From Flavobacteriales bacterium (GTDB taxonomy: Bacteria > Bacteroidota > Bacteroidia > Flavobacteriales_D > Parvicellaceae), in contig JAYNHP010000002.1 of NCBI GenBank assembly GCA_038108155.1, forward strand, positions 1,067 to 65,066: a stretch of DNA of 64,000 nt. The letters run 5' to 3'. The position numbers and the translations under genes are program-made. This document shows, piece after piece, positions 8,959 to 17,847 of the stretch (the first letter of the stretch is position 1; the number at the start of each line of letters is the position of its first letter). A model generated the notes under the pieces. The model saw only the letters and a list, made by a program, of their open reading frames with translations. It had not been told where the DNA came from and ran no database searches.

Positions 8959-11028
8959 TTAGTTTGCTAAATTAATAAACCCTTTGTCATCTTTCAAAAT
9001 TTCAAGAGATTTTTGTAATGGAGCATTTAATTCATTGATTATTTCATAAAATCTTTTGTAATCAAATAAGTCTTGGGCAATATTTGCTTTAAGTCTAATT
9101 TCAATGGTTTTTTTAGATTCTTCAAATTGGGGCTTGTCAAATTCTACTCCTTCTTTTTTCGCAAAATTTATTAATTCGTCAGTTATAGTTTTACTGTTAA
9201 AATCCTTTTTATACTTTTCAAAATTTGTATATTTTTTTTCTAGTGAAGGTCTATTTTTATTAACCCAATACAATGCAAATTGATTAAATATTCCTTTTCT
9301 AATAAGTTTGCTGAAATAATCACTAGTTCCAGTTGTGTCCAGTGGGACGAAATAATCGGGGACAATACCACCCCCACCATACACTATTCTATTTTTTAAG
9401 AGTGTAGAGAATTCTTCATTTTTATTGTTTTTTATGCTGTCTTTGTTAAAAGATTCTCCAGATTTATATCTGCTATACTTTTCTTTTCTATAGGCCATAG
9501 ATCCTTTGTTATAAGGTTTCTGAATGCATCTCCCACTTGGTGTATAATATTTAGATGTTGTAATTCTTACTTGGGTTCCGTCTGGCAATTGAATTGGTTT
9601 TTGAACAAGCCCTTTTCCAAATGTTCTTCTCCCCACAATTAGTCCTCTGTCCCAGTCTTGTATTGCACCACTTACGATTTCACTTGCACTTGCACTACTT
9701 TCATTTACTAAAACAATAACTTTTCCTTTTTCAAGTAACCCTGTTTTATTTCCTGCATATGTTTTTTCTGGAAATTTTCTCCCTTTAGTAGAAACAATTT
9801 TTCTATATCCTGGTAAAATTTCGTCAGATAAATCAACAGCTGTCTTTAGATATCCTCCTCCATTGTTTTGTAAATCTAGAACAAGATTTTCCATTCCCTT
9901 ACTTTTTAACTTGAATACAGCAGTTTTTATTTCATTTATACTTGTCGAAGAAAAATTATTGAGCTTAATATATCCCGTATTGTCATTAACCATGTAAGAA
10001 GCATCTACACTGTAAATTGGGATTTTATCTCTTGTAATTTCAAAATCTAAAATCTCTTTATTATTCCCTCTTACTATCCCAATTTGAACTTTTGTACCTT
10101 TTGCTCCAAGAAGTCTATCTCTTACTCCCTTATTTTTAATTCCATTGCCTGCAACTAATTCATCTTTAATTTTAATAATTTTATCACCAGCCATCAGACC
10201 TACTTTTTCTGAGGGTCCACCAGGGATAGCTTGGACTATTAAGATAGTATCTTTAAATATTTGAAATCTTATTCCAACCCCAGTAAATGACCCTTTTAAT
10301 GGTGCATTCATATCGTGAATATCTTTTAAAGATATGTATGTAGAATGTGGATCTAATTGTTCGAGCATATACCTTATTGCATGTTCTGTTATCAAGGTAT
10401 TTTTAACAGAATCAGGATAGATGAGATCGAAAAATTTAATTCCTTGAAAATAATTATTAATGGTATTTTTTGAATTAGATTTATTAGATGGAATTGGTAT
10501 GGTACTTAGATTTGGTATTCTTTTCCTAATAACATCAAGAACTAAGGTGTCTTTTTCTCTAACTAATTTAACTTCACATTTAGAATTTTTATCACCGCAC
10601 AATAACTCATTAAATTCAGAATAATAGTAAACCTCTTTTAAATTATTATTATTAATTTCTAGTACTTGATCATTTTTTTTAATCTTTGAGATATCTGCAC
10701 CACTTCCTTTGAATACACTATCAACAAGAATTTTCCCTTTTTTGAATTTAATTGAAAAACCTAGAGAGGCTTTTTCAGATGGTGTAATACCAAGCATTTC
10801 AAATACAGAGTCTGGTTGGTAAAGTGCCATTGGTCTTAGATAGTTATACATACCTAATACTAAATCACTTTGTAATTTATTTTCGTCTACTTCCTCTACA
10901 TACATTTGTTCGATAAGAAACAATAACCTTTCAATTTTGACATCTGTAGATCTAGATTCTAAATTCTGCCCAATAATATTAAAAGTTAAAAATGTTAGTA
11001 TAGGTAATATTAAATGTCTGATTGGCAA
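8959..11028 (-). CDS. S41 family C-terminal processing peptidase with PDZ domain
   Basis: PDZ segment (GLMAGDKIIKI) plus the catalytic Ser/Lys region NESSASASEIVSGAIQDW...RRTFGKGLVQ. TTG start and a signal peptide. Confidence 0.85.
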   Translation of the reverse strand: MPIRHLILPILTFLTFNIIGQNLESRSTDVKIERLLFLIEQMYVEEVDENKLQSDLVLGMYNYLRPMALYQPDSVFEMLGITPSEKASLGFSIKFKKGKILVDSVFKGSGADISKIKKNDQVLEINNNNLKEVYYYSEFNELLCGDKNSKCEVKLVREKDTLVLDVIRKRIPNLSTIPIPSNKSNSKNTINNYFQGIKFFDLIYPDSVKNTLITEHAIRYMLEQLDPHSTYISLKDIHDMNAPLKGSFTGVGIRFQIFKDTILIVQAIPGGPSEKVGLMAGDKIIKIKDELVAGNGIKNKGVRDRLLGAKGTKVQIGIVRGNNKEILDFEITRDKIPIYSVDASYMVNDNTGYIKLNNFSSTSINEIKTAVFKLKSKGMENLVLDLQNNGGGYLKTAVDLSDEILPGYRKIVSTKGRKFPEKTYAGNKTGLLEKGKVIVLVNESSASASEIVSGAIQDWDRGLIVGRRTFGKGLVQKPIQLPDGTQVRITTSKYYTPSGRCIQKPYNKGSMAYRKEKYSRYKSGESFNKDSIKNNKNEEFSTLLKNRIVYGGGGIVPDYFVPLDTTGTSDYFSKLIRKGIFNQFALYWVNKNRPSLEKKYTNFEKYKKDFNSKTITDELINFAKKEGVEFDKPQFEESKKTIEIRLKANIAQDLFDYKRFYEIINELNAPLQKSLEILKDDKGFINLAN

Positions 11029-11100
11029 TTTTTTTATGAATTTGATTTTATAGGTTGTTAAATTAGCTTAATTCAACCAAAAAAAGGTAAATGTTAAAAT

Positions 11101-11748
11101 TTATTTTTTGTGTAGGTATAAAATTGATTTACTCTCAAAAAAAGCATCTTCAAAATAATTAATAATATTCTCGATTCTAAAATTGTACCTTTTAGATACT
11201 TTTTGAATTTCTTCTTTTAAATCTCCCCCCTTTAAATAAATAATTCCATTTTGAATTTCATTTTTGTTGGATTTGGCAATGTTTTGTTCTACCCAAGGAC
11301 AAAACCTTTCTAGTTGGGTTACTGCTCTACTAACAATAAAGTCAAATTTCTCAGAAATATTTTCAGCTCTTTCAATTTTTGATTTTACGTTTCTAATTTC
11401 CAAGTCTTCAACTATTTTATCGACAACCCTTATCTTTTTGCCAATTGAATCAACCAATGTAAATGAAGTATTCTTAAAATATATTGCTAACGGAATACCA
11501 GGAAAACCACCCCCAGTACCAACATCTAATATTTTTGTGTTGTTTTTAAAATTAATAAATTTCGCAATAGACAAGGAGTGTAGCACATGTCTTGTATAGA
11601 AGTTCTCTGTATCTTTTCTACTAATAACATTAATTTTAGAATTCCAATCCAAGTAAATATCTTTAAGACTTTCAAATTGATGGATTTGATTTTGATCTAA
11701 GTTTGGAAAATAATATTGAATTATTTTTGCGGAATCAGATGGTTTCAA
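11101..11748 (-). CDS. rsmG: 16S rRNA (guanine527-N7)-methyltransferase
   Basis: 215 aa with the SAM-binding motif ILDVGTGGGFPGIPLAI and overall GidB-like layout. Overlaps the sigma factor gene by 14 nt. Confidence 0.9.
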   Translation of the reverse strand: MKPSDSAKIIQYYFPNLDQNQIHQFESLKDIYLDWNSKINVISRKDTENFYTRHVLHSLSIAKFINFKNNTKILDVGTGGGFPGIPLAIYFKNTSFTLVDSIGKKIRVVDKIVEDLEIRNVKSKIERAENISEKFDFIVSRAVTQLERFCPWVEQNIAKSNKNEIQNGIIYLKGGDLKEEIQKVSKRYNFRIENIINYFEDAFFESKSILYLHKK

Positions 11749-12352
11749 AACTATGTTTCATAATGTTATATAAAAACTCTCTTGCTCTAAAGAGTTGAGC
11801 TTTAACTGTTCCTAATGGCAGGTTTAACTCTATAGATATTTCCTCATAGCTCATTTCTTTAAAATATCTCATTTCAACTAAGATTTCGTATCTGGGTTTT
11901 AATTTTTTCACATACTGTCTCATTAATTGTATTTTTTGCTCATTCATAGCAATTTGCTCAGGAGTCATTCCATCTGATTTTATTTCGAACATATATTCCT
12001 CGCCATCATTATTGGAGACACGATTATCTATAGACATTACGTTTTTCTTCTTTTTTCTAAGAAAATCGATACAGTTATTTGTTGCAATTTTAAATAGCCA
12101 AGTGCTAAATGCAAAATTTGGAGTGTATTGGTTTAATCTGTTGAACGCTTTTCCAAATGCTTCTAATGTTAAATCTTCTGCATCATCATTATTATTCACC
12201 ATCTTTAATAACATATAGTATATTGGATCTTTATACTTATCCATTAAATCAGAAAATGCTTGTTGGTCTTTGTCCTTTGTTGCTCTTAGGACTAATTCAT
12301 AATCTTTTTGAGCTTTTTCCGAAAGGTGTGATAACGTTTTTTCTTTCTCCAT
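11735..12352 (-). CDS. RNA polymerase sigma-70 family factor (ECF-type)
   Basis: Region 2 (DAEDLTLEAFGKAF...FSTWLFKIATNNCIDFLRK) and region 4 helix-turn-helix (MSYEEISIELNLPLGTVKAQLFRARE). Confidence 0.85.
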   Translation of the reverse strand: MEKEKTLSHLSEKAQKDYELVLRATKDKDQQAFSDLMDKYKDPIYYMLLKMVNNNDDAEDLTLEAFGKAFNRLNQYTPNFAFSTWLFKIATNNCIDFLRKKKKNVMSIDNRVSNNDGEEYMFEIKSDGMTPEQIAMNEQKIQLMRQYVKKLKPRYEILVEMRYFKEMSYEEISIELNLPLGTVKAQLFRAREFLYNIMKHSFETI

Positions 12353-13443
12353 TAAAGTCTAATTCTTCTATTTATTTGAAAGATAGGTTGGCAAAATAGT
12401 AAGATGATTTCATAAATTGGAAATGCCCAAAGAAGATCTTTGCACATCATAATCTTGAAAGCTTTGTAATTTATCGCTATAATTAATAAATACCTTACTG
12501 TAAAAAGAAGTAGGCCAATCTTTATATAATTAATTGAAAAGAATGAAAACATTAACAAAAAGTAAAAAGCCAATGCACTTAAATATTGCATTCCTAATAA
12601 AATTTTGTGCTTTTTTTTGTATTTAAAATTTGTAGTATGGTGCCTTCTTTTTTGATATACCCAGTTTTTAAATTCTTTTTTGGGCTTTGATATTGTCATA
12701 CTTTTAGAATTGAAAATGACTTGTGTATTACTAACATTGGATGCCTGATTAACAAATAAATCATCATCTCCAGATTCAATATGGTAGTGGGATTTAAATC
12801 CATCGTTTAAATAATATACATCCTGATGATAAGCTAAGTTTCTACCAACTCCCATGTAGGCTAATTTTGCTTTTGCATATCCTAAAGAGTTTATTGCTAT
12901 TTGAACAGAATCAAATCTTATTATTTTATTTAAAAATCCTTTTTCTTTTTCGTATATTCCTACGCCAATTACTATTTGTTTTTCCTTTTCAAATCCTTTA
13001 CTCATTTCATTAATCCAATATTTTGACAATGGTTGACAATCTGCATCTGTAAACAATAAATAGTTGTTTTTAGCCGCCTTAATCCCAATAGTAATTGCAA
13101 GTTTTTTTCCAAAATTGTCAATGTTATTGTCTGGAATATCTACTATTTTAAGTTTGGAGTACTGAGCTTTAAATTTGTTTAATGTTTCAATACTATTGTC
13201 CCAAGATCTATCATTAACAACAATGACCTCAAAGTCTTCATATTTTTGATTAAGTACTAATGGGAGATTTTTTTTAAGATTTTCGTTTTCATTTCTTGCG
13301 CAAATTATTACGGATATTCCTTTTTTCTTTACACTTTTATTTTCCTTTATAAAGGCTACTCTTGCACTGAAATAAAACAAATAAAAACATTGAATTAAAA
13401 AACTAACAGTAAGAAAAATAAATCCAATTTCAGAATAGGTCAT
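12352..13443 (-). CDS. membrane-bound family 2 glycosyltransferase
   Basis: N-terminal TM helix, GT-A core ISVIICARNENENL...VIVVNDRSWDNS...FTDADC, a YQKRRH motif and C-terminal TM helices. TAATG junction with the sigma factor gene. Confidence 0.8.
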   Translation of the reverse strand: MTYSEIGFIFLTVSFLIQCFYLFYFSARVAFIKENKSVKKKGISVIICARNENENLKKNLPLVLNQKYEDFEVIVVNDRSWDNSIETLNKFKAQYSKLKIVDIPDNNIDNFGKKLAITIGIKAAKNNYLLFTDADCQPLSKYWINEMSKGFEKEKQIVIGVGIYEKEKGFLNKIIRFDSVQIAINSLGYAKAKLAYMGVGRNLAYHQDVYYLNDGFKSHYHIESGDDDLFVNQASNVSNTQVIFNSKSMTISKPKKEFKNWVYQKRRHHTTNFKYKKKHKILLGMQYLSALAFYFLLMFSFFSINYIKIGLLLFTVRYLLIIAINYKAFKIMMCKDLLWAFPIYEIILLFCQPIFQINRRIRL

Positions 13444-13527
13444 ATATATTAAAACATTTAAACATTTAAAAGTATTGCTTAATTAAGATGTTATATATTT
13501 GTTCTACAGCAGTTTATCCACAGTTTT

Positions 13528-14658
13528 ATGAACTTTACTCTATCAAAAAAAGATAAGAATTCAAATGCTAGATCAGGTATTTTAAAAACAGACCACGGTG
13601 AGATAAAAACACCAATATTTATGCCTGTTGGAACTGCAGGAACGGTTAAATCAGTCTCACAAAGAGATTTAGAAGATCAAGTTAATGCACAAATAATTTT
13701 AGGTAATACTTATCATTTATACTTAAGACCAGGAATTGAAACTCTTGAGAGGATAGGAGGATTACATAAGTTTATCTCATGGAACAAACCTATTTTAACG
13801 GATTCTGGAGGTTACCAAGTCTACAGTCTTTCAGGAAGAAGGAAAATTATTGAAGAAGGCGTTAAATTTAAATCTCATATAGACGGATCTTCTCATTTTT
13901 TCACACCAGAAAATGTTATGGAAATTCAAAAATCTATTGGTGCAGATATTATAATGGCTTTTGATGAATGCACACCATATCCTTGTGATTATTCCTATGC
14001 TAAAGATTCTATGGAAATGACCCACCGATGGTTAAAAAGATGTGTAGATGGATTTAATTCAACTCCGTTTAAATACGACTATTCACAAGTTCTTTTTCCT
14101 ATTGTCCAAGGAAGTACATATTCAGACCTAAGAAAAAAAAGTGCAGATGTAATATCATCTTTTGATTTACCTGGAAATGCAATTGGAGGTCTTTCTGTTG
14201 GTGAGCCACATGATTTAATGTATAAACATACGGAGGAAGTTTGTGCTATTTTACCATTGGATAAACCAAGATATTTAATGGGTGTGGGAACACCATCTAA
14301 TTTATTGGAATGTATTTCCTTGGGAATTGATATGTTTGATTGTGTTATGCCATCACGAAATGCAAGAAATGGAATGTTATTCACCAGTGAGGGAATTATT
14401 AATATAAAAAATAAAAAATGGGAAAATGATTTTAATCCAATTGATCCCAATGGTGTTTCTAGTGTTGATAAACGTTACTCGAGATCCTATCTTAGACATT
14501 TATTTGTATCCAAAGAAATGCTTGGTCCTCAAATTGCAAGTATCCATAATCTTTCTTTCTATCTGTGGTTAGTGAATGAATCTAGAAACAGAATTGAGGA
14601 TGGAACTTTTAGGGAATGGAAAAATAAAATGGTTGTCAAACTCGTTGAAAGACTGTAA
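13528..14658 (+). CDS. tgt: tRNA-guanine transglycosylase (queuine tRNA-ribosyltransferase)
   Basis: Motifs TPIFMPVGT, LTDSGGYQV, YLMGVGTP and YSRSYLRHL...SIHNL. The zinc CxCxxC motif is replaced (see findings). Confidence 0.92.
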   Translation: MNFTLSKKDKNSNARSGILKTDHGEIKTPIFMPVGTAGTVKSVSQRDLEDQVNAQIILGNTYHLYLRPGIETLERIGGLHKFISWNKPILTDSGGYQVYSLSGRRKIIEEGVKFKSHIDGSSHFFTPENVMEIQKSIGADIIMAFDECTPYPCDYSYAKDSMEMTHRWLKRCVDGFNSTPFKYDYSQVLFPIVQGSTYSDLRKKSADVISSFDLPGNAIGGLSVGEPHDLMYKHTEEVCAILPLDKPRYLMGVGTPSNLLECISLGIDMFDCVMPSRNARNGMLFTSEGIINIKNKKWENDFNPIDPNGVSSVDKRYSRSYLRHLFVSKEMLGPQIASIHNLSFYLWLVNESRNRIEDGTFREWKNKMVVKLVERL

Positions 14659-14666
14659 AGTTTAAT

Positions 14667-15758
14667 ATGAAAAAGTTAGATTGGTTTATTATAAAAAAAT
14701 TCCTTGGAACATATGTTTTTATGATAGGTGTGGTTATGAGTATTTCCATAATTTTTGATGTTTCAGAAAAGTTAAAAGACTTTATCAATCCCGAAAACAA
14801 TCTTACTTTTTATAAAATAATTACTGAATACTACCCTTATTTCTTTATCCACTACGCAAATTTATTTTCTTCCTTAATTATTTTTTTATCAGTATTATGG
14901 TTTACAAGTTTTATGGCACAAAGATTAGAAATTGTAGCCATTTTAAGTAATGGGGTTAGTTTTTGGAGATTTTCCAGACCATATATTATCGCTTCTTCTT
15001 TTTTATTAGTTATTTCAGTTTTAATGAATCACTATGTTGCACCTTATGCAAATAAGAATAGGTTGGATTTTGAAAATAAATTTACAAAATACAATGTTAA
15101 TTTTAAAGATGTTCATTTAGAGGTTAGTCAAGGAACAATTGTTAGTTATCGTCAGTTTATTGGCAATACCACCACTGTAAGACGGCTTTGGGTGGAGAAT
15201 TGGAAAGAAAATGAAAATGGACAATGGGAGCTAGAAAGCGATATGCAAGTAGAGCGGGCTGAGGGAGATAGTGTGTTATACAACTGGAAGCTTAAAAATA
15301 CTTTTATTAGAAAAATTGGCAAAATCAACGATGAACTTATAACTAGAAAATTAATTGATACTGTTCTATCTTTTAACATTAGCGATCTTGGTCAACGTTC
15401 TGCAATTACTTATGCTATGACCACTCCAGAACTTATTAAGTATAGAGAGAAAGAGGAAAATAAAGGAAACTCTATTGCTCAAATTGACATAAGTAGACAT
15501 GAAAGAACAGCTTACCCATTTGCTGCATATATTTTAACGGTTATAGGAATATCTGTTGCTTCTCGAAAATCTAGAGAGGGGGTTGGCAAGAATTTAGTTA
15601 TAGGTCTTTGTTGCGGTCTGGTCTACGTTTTTTTTATGAAAATGACTACAGTTGCTGCAGTAAATATTGGTTGGAATACAATTTTGGCAGTCTGGTTCCC
15701 AAATATTTTCTTTTCTATAGTAGCTATCTTTTTATTTTATAAAAGATTAATCTCTTAA
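14667..15758 (+). CDS. LptF/LptG family (YjgP/YjgQ) permease
   Basis: 363 aa with an N-terminal MKKLDWFIIKKFLGTY start, 3+3 TM layout and a central periplasmic domain. Confidence 0.8.
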   Translation: MKKLDWFIIKKFLGTYVFMIGVVMSISIIFDVSEKLKDFINPENNLTFYKIITEYYPYFFIHYANLFSSLIIFLSVLWFTSFMAQRLEIVAILSNGVSFWRFSRPYIIASSFLLVISVLMNHYVAPYANKNRLDFENKFTKYNVNFKDVHLEVSQGTIVSYRQFIGNTTTVRRLWVENWKENENGQWELESDMQVERAEGDSVLYNWKLKNTFIRKIGKINDELITRKLIDTVLSFNISDLGQRSAITYAMTTPELIKYREKEENKGNSIAQIDISRHERTAYPFAAYILTVIGISVASRKSREGVGKNLVIGLCCGLVYVFFMKMTTVAAVNIGWNTILAVWFPNIFFSIVAIFLFYKRLIS

Positions 15759-16432
15759 TGATTTATTTTTTTTAATCTTTTAAATCTTATTTTCTTGTTG
15801 CCTTTTTCCATGGAGATTTCATAATCTAATCCTTCAATATTAATTTTTACTACATAGAAAGGATTTGGTATCTTAAATCCATTAGATTTATTCCAGTTTA
15901 CATTAACTGTTTTAAAGTTATTCTCAATATCTAATTTATTTAAATGAAAATTCTCTAAGTCATTAATGAATTCTTTACTATACTTTTTTTTCAATTTTTC
16001 TACAACCTTATAAAAGTTGAAATTATCCATATAAATATTGGTATCTATATGGTTTAAGGATTGATGTCTTGAAAAATTTTGATTATTGAACGAGGTGAAT
16101 CTACAGCTAGAATCATTAAATGAAACATCAATAGAAATTGTATCGTTGTTATATTCAAAGAAATAGTTTTTTGTATCGGTTTTGGTTTCACTTTTAGAGA
16201 AAAGTATATTGCCATTTAATAAAATATCGAAAACTTTTTTAGAAAAACTCTCGTTAATATTTACAACCTCAGATTTTTCAATATTAATTTTTATTGGATT
16301 GACCAAAAGGAAATTTTTTATTTTGTTATCTGGTAGCCAATTCCATTCTCTATCGTTGAAAAGAGAATAAACCAAAAACAGACCTAAAATAAAACCTACA
16401 AGGTAAAATTTAAGTCTGTTTAGAAAGTTCAT
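15755..16432 (-). CDS. hypothetical membrane-anchored protein
   Basis: 225-aa ORF with a single N-terminal TM helix (LKFYLVGFILGLFLVYSLF). No family recognised. Confidence 0.5.
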   Translation of the reverse strand: MNFLNRLKFYLVGFILGLFLVYSLFNDREWNWLPDNKIKNFLLVNPIKINIEKSEVVNINESFSKKVFDILLNGNILFSKSETKTDTKNYFFEYNNDTISIDVSFNDSSCRFTSFNNQNFSRHQSLNHIDTNIYMDNFNFYKVVEKLKKKYSKEFINDLENFHLNKLDIENNFKTVNVNWNKSNGFKIPNPFYVVKINIEGLDYEISMEKGNKKIRFKRLKKINH

Positions 16433-16454
16433 TAGAACACCCCCTATGGGCTAA

Positions 16455-17765
16455 TTAATATCTGTAATATTCAGGCTTGAATGGCCCTTCAACTTTAACA
16501 CCAATGTATTCAGCCTGATCTTCTCTTAAAGTCTCTAGTTCAACACCAATTTTTGCAAGATGCAAAAGAGCAACTTTTTCATCAAGATGTTTTGGTAACA
16601 TATAAACTTCATTTTTATAATTCTCACTATTTTTCCAAAGTTCAATTTGTGCTAATGTTTGATTGGTAAATGAGTTACTCATTACAAAAGATGGATGACC
16701 TGTTGCACAACCCAAGTTAACTAGTCTTCCTTCGGCTAGTAATATAATATCTTTACCATTTATGGAGTACATGTCTACTTGTGGTTTGATAGTAGTTTTA
16801 GTAGCCCCATGGTTGTTATCAAGCCAAGCAACGTCTATCTCGTTGTCAAAATGACCAATATTGCAAACAATTGTTTTGTCTTTCATCATTTCAAAATGCT
16901 TTCCTTTAATGATGTCTTTATTTCCAGTTGCTGTAACCACTATATCTGCTTCGGCTACTGCATTTTCCATTTTCTTCACTTCGAAACCATCCATTGCGGC
17001 TTGAAGTGCGCAAATAGGATCTATTTCTGTGACTATTACTCTAGCTCCTGCACCTTGAAGAGAAGCTGCCGACCCTTTACCAACATCTCCATAACCTGCA
17101 ACTATAGCTACCTTACCTGCCATCATTACATCGGTAGATCTTCTTATGGCATCAACTAATGATTCTTTGCAACCGTATTTGTTGTCAAATTTTGATTTTG
17201 TTACAGAATCATTAATATTAATAGCTGGCATTGGAAGTGTTCCGTTTTTCATTCTTTCGTATAGTCTGTGTACACCAGTAGTTGTTTCTTCAGAAAGGCC
17301 TTTAATGTCTTTTACTAGTTCTGGATAGTTGTCCAAAACCATATTTGTTAAATCTCCTCCATCGTCTAAAATCATGTTCAAGGGTTTGTTGTCTTCAAAG
17401 GCAAATAGAGTTTGTTCGATACACCAATCAAATTCTTGGTCATTCATTCCTTTCCAAGCAAAAACTGGAATTCCTGCTTTGGCAATAGCCGCTGCAGCAT
17501 GATCTTGTGTAGAGAATATATTACAAGAAGACCAGGTAACTTCTGCCCCTAAATCAATCAAAGTTTCTATAAGAACTGCAGTTTGAATAGTCATGTGGAG
17601 ACATCCAGCTATTCTGGCTCCTTTAAGGGGAAATTCTCCTTTATATTCTTCTCTTAGAGAAATTAATCCTGGCATTTCTGCTTCTGCTAACCTAATTTCT
17701 TTTCTTCCCCAGTCAGAAAGACTGATGTCTTTAACTTTAAAATTTTCTTTAACTGTATTAGTCAT
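16455..17765 (-). CDS. ahcY: adenosylhomocysteinase
   Basis: 436 aa with [14 protein letters not shown], the NAD-binding [12 protein letters not shown] motif and GHFDNEID. Confidence 0.97.
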   Translation of the reverse strand: MTNTVKENFKVKDISLSDWGRKEIRLAEAEMPGLISLREEYKGEFPLKGARIAGCLHMTIQTAVLIETLIDLGAEVTWSSCNIFSTQDHAAAAIAKAGIPVFAWKGMNDQEFDWCIEQTLFAFEDNKPLNMILDDGGDLTNMVLDNYPELVKDIKGLSEETTTGVHRLYERMKNGTLPMPAININDSVTKSKFDNKYGCKESLVDAIRRSTDVMMAGKVAIVAGYGDVGKGSAASLQGAGARVIVTEIDPICALQAAMDGFEVKKMENAVAEADIVVTATGNKDIIKGKHFEMMKDKTIVCNIGHFDNEIDVAWLDNNHGATKTTIKPQVDMYSINGKDIILLAEGRLVNLGCATGHPSFVMSNSFTNQTLAQIELWKNSENYKNEVYMLPKHLDEKVALLHLAKIGVELETLREDQAEYIGVKVEGPFKPEYYRY

Positions 17766-17781
17766 ATTTAATATTTTTTGG

Positions 17782-17813
17782 CAAATGTAGTTTTTAGAGT
17801 TATAAAAAACAAG
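17782..17813 (-). promoter_or_regulatory. putative Bacteroidota promoter for ahcY (-33 CTTG, 20-nt spacer, -7 TACATTTG)
   Basis: The minus strand reads cTTG-N20-TACATTTG, ending 16 nt upstream of the ahcY ATG. This matches the TTTG/TAnnTTTG consensus. Confidence 0.45.
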
Positions 17814-17847
17814 ATTAAATTACTTTGTCTAAAGTTTAATTATTTGC

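Noticed and set aside
11053-11085. A GGTTG...CAACC hairpin next to an A7 run in the rsmG/S41 spacer, considered as a terminator.
   Set aside because: Both flanking genes are on the minus strand. In that orientation the T-run precedes the stem rather than following it, so it is not a canonical intrinsic terminator.
14079-14450. A 123-aa minus-strand ORF, plus 13831..14025, inside tgt.
   Set aside because: They are antisense to intact tgt, with no independent evidence.
16779-17159. A 126-aa plus-strand ORF, plus neighbours 17146..17328 and 17593..17790, inside ahcY.
   Set aside because: They are antisense to a strongly conserved, full-length ahcY gene. Their composition is Cys/Phe/Ser-rich and they have no recognisable motifs. 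They are typical shadow ORFs of a relatively GC-richer gene.
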